From IMG/VR virus record IMGVR_UViG_3300032138_000942, positions 1 to 64,000 of that record: a DNA stretch of 64,000 nt. One strand, 5' to 3'. Shown in pieces: positions 1 to 7,744 of this stretch (within the stretch, counting starts at the first letter, position 1; the number at the start of each line of letters is the position of its first letter). The notes beneath the pieces are model-generated. The model was not told the DNA's origin and searched no databases. It saw nothing but the letters and a program-made list of their open reading frames with translations. Source of the DNA: a virus (lineage: Duplodnaviria; Caudoviricetes). Position numbers and translations under genes: made by a program.

Positions 1-171
1 CTTAATGATCCAGTAGCCGTGGGTGACCACGCCACTTTGGTTGACGATATCGTTAAATTAACAAGTAAATTAACAGAGGCTGAGGATAATATAAATACTC
101 TCAGGACTATCGATCACTATGAAGGAGCAAAGAATCGTGACAGACACCACAACGACAGAACCAAAGATTAA
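1..171 (+). CDS. 3' end of small hypothetical phage protein (PVAVGDH motif), truncated by window start
   Basis: Frame 1 is open from base 1 to TAA at 169-171 (LNDPVAVGDHATLVDDIVKL...). Resembles the PxGIGEH small proteins of T4-like marine phages, recalled from memory. Confidence 0.55.
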   Translation, partial: LNDPVAVGDHATLVDDIVKLTSKLTEAEDNINTLRTIDHYEGAKNRDRHHNDRTKD

Positions 172-349
172 AAAACAAGGAAAAACTTGGAAAAATAGCC
201 GCTTATTCACCAATTATGAAGAGGCGGATTTAGAACGACTAAAACTATTAACAGAAGGAGCCTGTGATATCAAAATTAAGAAAAGATCCGGAGGCAAATT
301 CGTGGTTAAATCAAGGAAAAAGGCAAATGAGCGACAACAAAATAACTGA
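137..349 (+). CDS. small basic hypothetical protein
   Basis: ORF track 119..349; GTG at 137 preferred because AAGGAG lies just upstream. Confidence 0.55.
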   Translation: MTDTTTTEPKIKKQGKTWKNSRLFTNYEEADLERLKLLTEGACDIKIKKRSGGKFVVKSRKKANERQQNN

Positions 350-674
350 CTGGTTTAATGAAGCGCCGTCGGCGCCTAATCCATGGCAAGAAGCCAAACC
401 AAAATTAACCAAATCAGAAATAGAGAAAGCCGCGGCCATTTATATATCTTTTGTCGACCCAGATGGTCAATCAGTCCTATATCATATCATCAGAAACAAG
501 TGTCACAGAGAAACTTTTAATAAATGGTGGCCATTAGTGTGTGGACACAACAGAAACCCGGTAGACAATCCTTATTCGGTGGATCAGTATATTAAAGATA
601 AAAATATTGCCGCCATACCCAATGATTGTCCTAATGCTCCATGTCATTGTGGGGCTTGTGATTGTGAATCATGA
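327..674 (+). CDS. hypothetical protein with Cys-rich C-terminus (CxxxxCxCxxCxC)
   Basis: ORF track 264..674; ATG at 327 overlaps the previous gene and is the likelier start. Confidence 0.55.
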   Translation: MSDNKITDWFNEAPSAPNPWQEAKPKLTKSEIEKAAAIYISFVDPDGQSVLYHIIRNKCHRETFNKWWPLVCGHNRNPVDNPYSVDQYIKDKNIAAIPNDCPNAPCHCGACDCES

Positions 675-856
675 TTCTGGGCGAAACCACAGAAATAGCT
701 AAATTTAGGTCATATCAGCAGGCTTTTATAGAAATGAAAGAAATATTAGCCATGACAACCGATAATTCTAAATTTATTACTTTACCAAAAATAACAAAAG
801 ACCATGAAGGGTGGTATGTGGTCACTATCACTATAAAAAAACGAGAAACTGTTTGA
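671..856 (+). CDS. hypothetical protein
   Basis: 61-aa ORF with ATGA overlap to the upstream gene. Confidence 0.55.
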   Translation: MILGETTEIAKFRSYQQAFIEMKEILAMTTDNSKFITLPKITKDHEGWYVVTITIKKRETV

Positions 857-881
857 CATTAACTGGCACTAGTGATATACT
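853..881 (+). promoter_or_regulatory. sigma70-type promoter for tRNA-Arg
   Basis: TTGACA (853-858), 17-bp spacer, TATACT (876-881); tRNA begins at 888. Confidence 0.85.
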
Positions 882-887
882 GTAAGT

Positions 888-964
888 GCCCTCTTAGCTC
901 AGCCGGATAGAGCAACAGACTTCTAATCTGTAGGTCATTGGTTCAAATCCAATAGAGGGTGCCA
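888..964 (+). tRNA. tRNA-Arg (anticodon UCU)
   Basis: Acceptor stem GCCCTCT/AGAGGGT, D-arm GCTC..GAGC, anticodon arm ACAGA-CTTCTAA-TCTGT, T-loop GTTCAAATC, encoded CCA end. Confidence 0.96.
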
Positions 965-966
965 AT

Positions 967-1059
967 ATGAGTGATTTTTTATTATTTAGCCTCATTGTAT
1001 TTTACCACGTAATGTTGGTATACACGATGACAAGGAATCCAAACGATTATGACAAATAG
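967..1059 (+). CDS. possible 30-aa hydrophobic peptide
   Basis: MSDFLLFSLIVFYHVMLVYTMTRNPNDYDK*; fills the gap between the tRNA and the next ORF; no clear SD. Confidence 0.3.
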   Translation: MSDFLLFSLIVFYHVMLVYTMTRNPNDYDK

Positions 1060-1300
1060 CCCAAAAACAGGTGATTTAGTTTACATTATCGACCCCAACG
1101 GCGATGAACCTATCATGATGGGTATTGGTTTGGTTGTCGGAGAAACGAAAAAGCACGAGCATGCTCCGGGTATGAATTGGAAAAGTTCAACGCCGGTTTT
1201 ATGGAACGGCAGAGTAGAATATCTAGATAAGCCATCCTGGATGTTAGAAGTGCTGAGCGCCGCTTCAGACCCCAAGGCAACGCTTAATTTAAATCATTAA
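1049..1300 (+). CDS. small hypothetical protein (KTGDLV start, possibly SH3/KOW-like beta fold)
   Basis: 83-aa ORF; has a paralogous fragment at 1744-1854. Confidence 0.65.
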   Translation: MTNSPKTGDLVYIIDPNGDEPIMMGIGLVVGETKKHEHAPGMNWKSSTPVLWNGRVEYLDKPSWMLEVLSAASDPKATLNLNH

Positions 1301-1306
1301 CTAATA

Positions 1307-1672
1307 TTAGCTGGTGACGTAAAGAACTGTAGGCGTCGTTGATGGGGCGGTAGCGTCTGATTCAGCCACGCCAGTCGTACACCAGTGACTAAACCCAGCA
1401 CCAAAAGTAATTCCCCCTGGAAATACATAGCTTCGTTTGACGCTGGCAGGACAAAGAAACACCATTGTCGCGGCTGTAGTACCGGCTGTGGCAGTAGCGG
1501 CGTTAACGATCTTAAAATAAACAGCAGTGCCATAGCTTGAATTATCGATCTCGACCATATATAATATCCCGCCACCACCGGTCGTATTATCTACTGCCGT
1601 CGCCGTTGCTGCTGTATCCTGAACCAATTTGTCGCCCAGCGGAGTGCTTTGATTAGTAACTGTAACTGCCAT
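1307..1672 (-). CDS. Thr/Ala-rich beta-strand protein, probable virion/decoration protein
   Basis: 121-aa ORF with AAGGG SD-like site and CTATTTA late motif upstream on the minus strand. Confidence 0.6.
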   Translation of the reverse strand: MAVTVTNQSTPLGDKLVQDTAATATAVDNTTGGGGILYMVEIDNSSYGTAVYFKIVNAATATAGTTAATMVFLCPASVKRSYVFPGGITFGAGFSHWCTTGVAESDATAPSTTPTVLYVTS

Positions 1673-1695
1673 AATTTATAACCCTTCTTTCGTCC

Positions 1696-1702
1696 TAAAT
1701 AG
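1696..1702 (-). promoter_or_regulatory. candidate late promoter CTATTTA
   Basis: Reverse complement of taaatag, about 24 nt upstream of the ATG at 1672. Confidence 0.55.
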
Positions 1703-1743
1703 TGCCTTGAAAATAAAATAGGCGACGCACTTGACTTTTAAAA

Positions 1744-1854
1744 ATGAATAATTATACAATGCAGGACACCCACTCCACTCCCGTCTTATGGAATGATCGA
1801 ATTCATTATTTTGACAAGCCATATTGGATGTTGGAAGTGTTAAAGGGGTCTTAG
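1744..1854 (+). pseudogene. short ORF or remnant paralogous to the C-terminal half of 1049..1300
   Basis: STPVLWNDRIHYFDKPYWMLEVL versus STPVLWNGRVEYLDKPSWMLEVL; N-terminal half absent. Confidence 0.65.
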
Positions 1855-1896
1855 CTGCTAAAGGGGTCTTAAAAAGTTAAAGACCCCTTAAAAAGT
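1841..1896. repeat. direct plus inverted repeat cluster (AAGGGGTCTT)
   Basis: TAAAGGGGTCTTA at 1841-1853 and 1859-1871; inverted AAGACCCCTT at 1880-1889; CTTAAAAAGT at 1868-1877 and 1887-1896. Confidence 0.8.
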
Positions 1897-1945
1897 AAGA
1901 CAAAATGTAATATAATGTTTTTATTATATTCTTAAAGGAGTCGTA

Positions 1946-2185
1946 ATGAGTGAAACAGAAAATGCCGTCTGGTCGTTAGTCTTATCGGCCATATTAATTA
2001 CAAGTCTTCTCCAGGAAATGACCCCCGTGATCGTGGGTGCCTGTTTTCTCTTATCATATGTAAAATATGATGCTTGGAAGACATTTGAACAAAGAAAGCG
2101 CTGGAATAAATTTTACTTTGTATCGTATTTGACACTTGGTGTCGCCTACATACTAATGTATGTTTATTTCGGAGCGCTAACATGA
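1946..2185 (+). CDS. small multi-pass membrane protein
   Basis: AAGGAG SD; two to three hydrophobic segments in 79 aa. Confidence 0.65.
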   Translation: MSETENAVWSLVLSAILITSLLQEMTPVIVGACFLLSYVKYDAWKTFEQRKRWNKFYFVSYLTLGVAYILMYVYFGALT

Positions 2186-2847
2186 AAGATATATTTTGGT
2201 TAGGTGGGCAAGATCCCACACAAAAAAAAGAAGAATTAGATAAAGTATCAGAACTTGCCGGAGCCTTATCATGGCTCGGTTTCCCCACTGCAGGAAGTAA
2301 GGATGACGATAATGTTGTTGAGGTAAAGAACAACGATATATATTTCTATTCTGAGGTCACCCGACCCAAGATACTGCTGTTAAACAAGAATCTTTTGGAA
2401 CTTGGTAAAAATCTAGTCAATCAGGCTAATCTTCTATCCCTTTCAGAACCAGCTAAAATTCAGCTTCGTATTAACAGCTACGGAGGGAGCGTGTTTGCTG
2501 GTCTGGCAGCGGTCGACTATATCAAGCAGTCCCCAGTGCCTGTTACGAGCATTATAGAGGGTTGTGCTGCCTCAGCAGCCACCATCATGAGCGTCACCGC
2601 CCATCACCGTCAAATTAAACCCAACTCGTTTATGCTTATCCACCAACTTTCAGCTGGAATGTGGGGGAAATATGAGGAAATGAAGGATCAGATGGATAAC
2701 AATGATCGGCTGATGGGCCTCATTAAAGATATCTATATTGAACACACGAAGATTCCTAGAAAGAAACTTAATGAGATGCTTAAGAAGGACCTCTGGTTTG
2801 ATGCCGACACATGCTTGGAATATGGACTTGTTGACGAGATCGTTTGA
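2182..2847 (+). CDS. clpP: ClpP-like (S14) protease
   Basis: INSYGGSV, AASAAT (catalytic Ser), MLIHQ (His), DLWFDA..LEYGLVD. Confidence 0.9.
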   Translation: MKDIFWLGGQDPTQKKEELDKVSELAGALSWLGFPTAGSKDDDNVVEVKNNDIYFYSEVTRPKILLLNKNLLELGKNLVNQANLLSLSEPAKIQLRINSYGGSVFAGLAAVDYIKQSPVPVTSIIEGCAASAATIMSVTAHHRQIKPNSFMLIHQLSAGMWGKYEEMKDQMDNNDRLMGLIKDIYIEHTKIPRKKLNEMLKKDLWFDADTCLEYGLVDEIV

Positions 2848-3056
2848 TGCCCATTTATGAGTATTATTGTGAGAAATGTGACTGCCATGTCGAAAGGCTT
2901 CAAAAAGTTGGAGACCAGCCCCCTCAGTGTCCCACTAATCGGGATAAAAACGACCCCTGCGGCCTTTTGAAGATTATGTCTAAATCCTCGTTTCGCCTTA
3001 AAGGAGAAGGGTGGTATAAAGACGGATATCAAAAAAAGGAAAAAGATAAAAGTTAA
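2847..3056 (+). CDS. FmdB-family zinc-ribbon protein
   Basis: MPIYEYxCxxC...C...C, FxLKGxGWYxDGY. Confidence 0.85.
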   Translation: MPIYEYYCEKCDCHVERLQKVGDQPPQCPTNRDKNDPCGLLKIMSKSSFRLKGEGWYKDGYQKKEKDKS

Positions 3057-3087
3057 GACTATATATTCCTTAAAAAGGAGCCACATC

Positions 3088-3162
3088 ATGCTTGAAAGCC
3101 ACCCTATTTTACAGAATATTTTAGTGTCTTTTTGTTTAGCAATTGCCTTAGTTTGTCTTTAA
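3088..3162 (+). CDS. possible 24-aa hydrophobic micropeptide
   Basis: AAGGAG SD 7 nt before ATG; MLESHPILQNILVSFCLAIALVCL*. Confidence 0.4.
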   Translation: MLESHPILQNILVSFCLAIALVCL

Positions 3163-3924
3163 TCGAATATACTTCTGAGCCATCTCTCTGATCTCTTCAA
3201 GAGTGGGAGAAAAGGTCAAGAATTGAAACCGGGTGTGGACGGAATGAATCATCCCGATCACCTCACCAGAGGCGTTGAACACCGGACTACCACTGCTGCC
3301 CCCAACAGCGGGGACAGAATAAGAAGCATATCGAGTAAACTTTCCGTTGTAATAACCATCTAATGTGGGAATAACACCGGCAGCAAAGAATCCAACGGGA
3401 GCAGCAAGGTTAAACGCCCGATCTCCAGGCACGGGTCCCTCACTAGCGATGACAACAGGTTTCCCTTGAAGCCCATGAACAAAAGCGGTGCATAAATCTG
3501 CCTCTTTATTCATTTCTAAGATTACAGCGGCATATTGATGACCCTTCTCATCATAAACAAAAAATTCGTCTCCAACGTGCTTGATCTGTGGACTCTCGAT
3601 ATACTTCACCATGTCCGTTACATCACAAACGTGAGCAGCCGTCATCATAAACGCCCCATATGGGACAGTTCCAATTAAAAAACCGGAACCACTCGACCTC
3701 ATTTTTCTATTAATACATTCATCTGGCTTTCTTAAATTGGGGCAGTACTTCAACTTTACATTCCGATCTATTTTTAAGAAAGCCTGCCTCGGAAGAGTCT
3801 GTGGTCTATTTTGTATTAAGGTGTTCGGTATTAAAGATCGGACATCCCGTTCTGTACACCCCACAGCAGCACATGAAAATAGACCCAGAGAGAAAATAAT
3901 AAGTAAAGTGTGTAAATATTTCAT
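3148..3924 (-). CDS. trypsin-like (S1) serine protease with signal/lipoprotein leader
   Basis: SGSGF, TAAHVC (His), DLC (Asp), GSSGSP (Ser); hydrophobic N-terminus followed by Cys. Confidence 0.88.
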   Translation of the reverse strand: MKYLHTLLIIFSLGLFSCAAVGCTERDVRSLIPNTLIQNRPQTLPRQAFLKIDRNVKLKYCPNLRKPDECINRKMRSSGSGFLIGTVPYGAFMMTAAHVCDVTDMVKYIESPQIKHVGDEFFVYDEKGHQYAAVILEMNKEADLCTAFVHGLQGKPVVIASEGPVPGDRAFNLAAPVGFFAAGVIPTLDGYYNGKFTRYASYSVPAVGGSSGSPVFNASGEVIGMIHSVHTRFQFLTFSPTLEEIREMAQKYIRLKTN

Positions 3925-3940
3925 AATAGCACCCTTAAAA

Positions 3941-3973
3941 TAACTAGGCGTTATTCCACGAAAAAACTAATTA
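3941..3973. promoter_or_regulatory. back-to-back candidate late promoters
   Basis: CTAGTTA on the minus strand (3941-3947) faces 3924; CTAATTA on the plus strand (3967-3973) faces 3999. Confidence 0.55.
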
Positions 3974-3998
3974 CTAGTGATTAAACGGTGACAATCCC

Positions 3999-4310
3999 AT
4001 GAAAATACACAACATATTCCTTTTATCCTCAGTTTTAGCTTTGCTATTAGTGGCCTCTTGCGGCACAATTTCTTTTACGACCTCTAGGGCTTCCCACAAG
4101 GTCTTCCCCCCATCAGATCAAGAAAGCAAGGTGAAATATCCCTGTGTGATAGATTTGGAAGAATCAGAAGGCAGCACAGATATGATGATATGCCCACAAC
4201 CTGATGGAGACTTTGATCGACTTTATGCCATCGATGCTTATATTGTTAACGACCTTAGTACTAAAGAAGGTCACCTAATCTCTAGAATGCCAGAATTTGA
4301 TATTGAATAA
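3999..4310 (+). CDS. putative lipoprotein
   Basis: MK, hydrophobic core, then LVASC lipobox-like site. Confidence 0.6.
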   Translation: MKIHNIFLLSSVLALLLVASCGTISFTTSRASHKVFPPSDQESKVKYPCVIDLEESEGSTDMMICPQPDGDFDRLYAIDAYIVNDLSTKEGHLISRMPEFDIE

Positions 4311-4322
4311 AATAGGTTGGTA

Positions 4323-5639
4323 ATGACTAAAAAAAAGTATGTTTTAGACACCTGTGTGTGTCTCACAGACGCTAACTCGCTGTTTTCATATGAAGACAAC
4401 GACATCATAATACCTTTTAAGGTTTTAGAGGAAATCGATAATCACAAAAAAAGGCAAGATAGTGTTGGCATTAATGCTCGAGAAACAATTCGTACTTTAG
4501 ATGAACTCCGATTAGCCGGAACCCTGAAAGACGGCGTGAAATTAGGCGAGGGAAAAGGTGTGTTGACAGTCAACACCAGTTCTTTGGACAAGCTTAATTC
4601 CAGCTTTAATAGATCGTCCCCTGATAACGAAATCATTAGTGTGGCTCTGGCTACTCAAGAAGAATATAAAGACTCGGAAGTAATCCTTGTTTCTCGTGAT
4701 ATCAATATGAGAATTAAGTGTGATTCTATTGGAATGAAAACCCAAGATTACATCGAGGGAGAGACCATTAAACGAAGCGACGGCCTCTATACAGGATTCA
4801 CTAGCTATCTGGTCGATGATGAAACCGTAGATCGATTTTATGAAGGAGAAGAGATTTATGCCGCTGAAGAGGAAGTCCAACTTTTTTCAAATGAGTTGGT
4901 CATGCTAGTTTCTAATGCCAATGAGAAAAAAACAGCTTTAAGCCGCTTTTATGATTATGGAACCCCTTTAAAAAAATTGGTTAAATATGACGAAATCTGG
5001 GGCATCCGTCCTCGAAATAAAGAACAAACTTTCGCCTTAGAACTTTTAATGGATCGAAACATTCCCGTGGTTACACTGATTGGTCGAGCAGGAAGCGGTA
5101 AAACCCTGTGTGCTATTGCTGCAGCCTTAGAACAAACACTCGAACATGGCCGAGCCGAGTCTCCATATAAAAGAGTAATTGTCTCCCGCCCCGTCGAGCC
5201 CATGGGAAAAGACATCGGGTTTTTACCAGGAACTTTAGAAGAAAAAATGCTTCCATGGCTCTCACCCATAAAAGATAACTTAGAGTTTCTAATGGGGGAC
5301 AAGAAAAATATGGATATGTATATGGAAGAGGGCATGATTGAGATTGAAGCCCTCACTTATATTCGTGGTCGATCTATCTCTAATGCCTTCATTATCATTG
5401 ATGAAGCTCAACAGTTAACAAAACATGAAATAAAGACTATACTCACAAGAGTGGGAGAGGGAACAAAGATTGTATTTACCGGAGATATCGAGCAAATTGA
5501 TAATGTATATGTTAACGAAACAACCAATGGGCTCACTTATGTTGTGGAAAAGTTTAAAAACCATGACATCTCCGGTCATATAACTTTAAAAAAGGGCGAA
5601 CGATCAAAAGTCGCCACTATATCAGCAGATATATTATAA
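4323..5639 (+). CDS. phoH: PIN-PhoH (PhoH2/YlaK-type) ATPase
   Basis: PIN motifs VLDT, EEID, DNEI, SRD; Walker A GRAGSGKT; GFLPG; RGRS; DEAQ; GDxxQxD. Confidence 0.93.
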   Translation: MTKKKYVLDTCVCLTDANSLFSYEDNDIIIPFKVLEEIDNHKKRQDSVGINARETIRTLDELRLAGTLKDGVKLGEGKGVLTVNTSSLDKLNSSFNRSSPDNEIISVALATQEEYKDSEVILVSRDINMRIKCDSIGMKTQDYIEGETIKRSDGLYTGFTSYLVDDETVDRFYEGEEIYAAEEEVQLFSNELVMLVSNANEKKTALSRFYDYGTPLKKLVKYDEIWGIRPRNKEQTFALELLMDRNIPVVTLIGRAGSGKTLCAIAAALEQTLEHGRAESPYKRVIVSRPVEPMGKDIGFLPGTLEEKMLPWLSPIKDNLEFLMGDKKNMDMYMEEGMIEIEALTYIRGRSISNAFIIIDEAQQLTKHEIKTILTRVGEGTKIVFTGDIEQIDNVYVNETTNGLTYVVEKFKNHDISGHITLKKGERSKVATISADIL

Positions 5640-5650
5640 GGAGCAAAATA

Positions 5651-5947
5651 ATGGCTGAAATCGAATTTAATGAAAATGAACAAGTGGTCAACACAGACCT
5701 GGAAAAAGTAGTAAACGAAGAGACCCCTGTCAAGGAGTGGCTTGTGAACTACGTGGGGGACAAGATTAGTCCGGAGAATGGTGACGTCACCGTTGGCATG
5801 ATAGTTGAAACCCTGGCCGAGGAATTCCCAGAGTTCCTTCTGGTGTTAGCGGAAGAAAACTTCATCCGTGGTTACGAACAAGCACTTACTGATGTGGAAG
5901 TTGGTCGAGCCATAGCCGAAACCGAAGATTTCACTAATAATGAGTAA
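5651..5947 (+). CDS. acidic hypothetical phage protein
   Basis: AAGGAG SD; 98-aa ORF (EENFIRGY). Confidence 0.7.
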   Translation: MAEIEFNENEQVVNTDLEKVVNEETPVKEWLVNYVGDKISPENGDVTVGMIVETLAEEFPEFLLVLAEENFIRGYEQALTDVEVGRAIAETEDFTNNE

Positions 5948-6620
5948 ATTTAGGGAATACATTATAGAAAAGGAAAAAAACACTCGTAAAAATTATATTT
6001 ATTTTTATGGGAATATTCCGGTATATATCAAAGACTCGTTGCCTAAAGGTGTCAATATCGAAAGAGTGCTTTCAAAAGTAGAGAAGGCGATTCCTAGATC
6101 GCTTATTTACGATCTAGACATGGTGGTGGTTGGCCATATTCCTGAATTTGAGGACCGACAGATTAACGCCTTATATAAAGACAGTGCCATTTATGTCACT
6201 AACGCCCAATCATCCAACCAAGATATGGTGGACGACATTATTCATGAAATGGCTCACTGTTTTGAGGAGCGCCACGCTCAAGACATATACAGCGATATGA
6301 CAATCGAAAATGAGTTTGTCGAGAAAAGAAAGAAACTGTTCCAAATGTTGGCGGACAATGGTCATGACATCCCCGCGAAATATTTTTTAGACCCTGAATA
6401 TGATGAAGACTTCGACATGTTCTTATATACAGTGGTGGGATATCCAGCTTTATTGACAATGACTTATGACATATTCAGCAGCCCTTACGCCATTACGTCT
6501 CTAAGAGAGTATTTTGCCAAAGGTTTCGAAGAATATTTTATTGGAAATGAAAAAAACCTTAAAGAAGTAAGTCCCGTATTGTATAATAAGCTTGTAAAGG
6601 TGACAACAAATGAAAATTAA
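5940..6620 (+). CDS. zincin-like HExxH metallopeptidase-fold protein
   Basis: IIHEMAHCFE plus downstream YA..SLREYFA.GF third-ligand motif. Confidence 0.65.
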   Translation: MSKFREYIIEKEKNTRKNYIYFYGNIPVYIKDSLPKGVNIERVLSKVEKAIPRSLIYDLDMVVVGHIPEFEDRQINALYKDSAIYVTNAQSSNQDMVDDIIHEMAHCFEERHAQDIYSDMTIENEFVEKRKKLFQMLADNGHDIPAKYFLDPEYDEDFDMFLYTVVGYPALLTMTYDIFSSPYAITSLREYFAKGFEEYFIGNEKNLKEVSPVLYNKLVKVTTNEN

Positions 6621-6963
6621 TATTAAAATTAAAAATGGCCAAGCCATCTGTGAAATAAAATTAATAGAATCTACTCCAATATATAAACACCCTGGCAACA
6701 CAGGGCGTCTCATAGACTATGGGAATTTTGAAAAGATCAAACTTGAACAGGTCCAGCAAAAGGTCCAAGAGGCCCTGGGTTCCAAGAGTTCAGTTGATTC
6801 CTGTGAATCAGGGCCGCCAGTGCTCCACAATAAAGACAACACGAATAGATCAGCAACCTGGGTTTTTAAAATTAAATCCTTGACATCTGGCCGAAAAAGT
6901 GGTAATGTAGTTAGAAAGCAATCTTCTTCCGTAAATAAGAAGACAACAAAATCTAACAAATAA
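6610..6963 (+). CDS. basic hypothetical protein
   Basis: 117-aa ORF overlapping the upstream stop. Confidence 0.6.
   Translation: MKINIKIKNGQAICEIKLIESTPIYKHPGNTGRLIDYGNFEKIKLEQVQQKVQEALGSKSSVDSCESGPPVLHNKDNTNRSATWVFKIKSLTSGRKSGNVVRKQSSSVNKKTTKSNK
6880..6908 (+). promoter_or_regulatory. sigma70-type promoter upstream of nuclease and glycan island
   Basis: TTGACA (6880-6885), 17-bp spacer, TAATGT (6903-6908) preceded by TGn extended -10. Confidence 0.6.
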
Positions 6964-6970
6964 AAATAGT

Positions 6971-7729
6971 ATGAGCCACATATCCTTTTCAGAAATTAAA
7001 AACTGGAGCAAGTGCCCCTTTTATCACAAGCTTTCTTATATCGACAAAATTAAGCTTTTTCAGGGAAATCTCCACACCGCCTTCGGAACCGCCATTCACT
7101 CAGCTTGTGAAAAGGTTTCCGAAAAAGAAGTGGGAGAACTTATAGAAATATTTCTTACTCAATTTGAGGAAGAAGTTCAACAACTGAAGGAATGTGATAA
7201 AACCCTTCATGATGAAATGAAACAGCAAGGTCCAAAGATTCTACGTCACCTAAAGGGGGCGATGAGTGAATACTTTGGTGAGTTTGAGGTTCTTTCTGTG
7301 GAAGAGCCCCTTTACGAAAATATTTGGAGTTCCAAAGAGCTGTTGAACTTCAAGGGCTTTATTGATATGGTCATTAGCTCGAACAACAAAATCCACATTA
7401 TCGACTGGAAGACCTCTACTAAAGGATGGTCACCTCGCCAACGAGACAATGAAATAACTCAATATCAGCTTGTCTATTATAAATATTATTATGCTCAAAA
7501 ATACGGCATAAACCCAGACGATATTAAAGTTCATTTCGGACTACTTAAACGACAGTATGGCGGCAAGAATAGAGTTGAATTGTTCGAAATAGAGAGTGAC
7601 AGAAAAAAAATTACAGAATCCCTTAACTATATGGAAAAATTTCTATATAATGTAAAAAGAGAAAAATTCATTAAGAATCGGTTATCCTGTACTTATTGTG
7701 AGTTTAAGGGAACCGAACACTGTCCATAA
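6971..7729 (+). CDS. PD-(D/E)XK nuclease (RecB/Cas4-like) with Fe-S staple cysteines
   Basis: ISFS..CP, GTAIH, GFID..IIDWKT, QLxxY, C-terminal CxxC...C. Confidence 0.88.
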   Translation: MSHISFSEIKNWSKCPFYHKLSYIDKIKLFQGNLHTAFGTAIHSACEKVSEKEVGELIEIFLTQFEEEVQQLKECDKTLHDEMKQQGPKILRHLKGAMSEYFGEFEVLSVEEPLYENIWSSKELLNFKGFIDMVISSNNKIHIIDWKTSTKGWSPRQRDNEITQYQLVYYKYYYAQKYGINPDDIKVHFGLLKRQYGGKNRVELFEIESDRKKITESLNYMEKFLYNVKREKFIKNRLSCTYCEFKGTEHCP

Positions 7730-7744
7730 TATTGTGAGGTTAAA

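Noticed and set aside
1731-1760. sigma70 promoter TTGACT...TACAAT
   Set aside because: The 18-bp spacer and AT-rich context make it ambiguous, so it is not listed as a feature.
6971-7729. Cas4 as part of a CRISPR-Cas system
   Set aside because: No repeat-spacer array or other cas genes seen; solo Cas4/RecB-like nucleases are common in phages.
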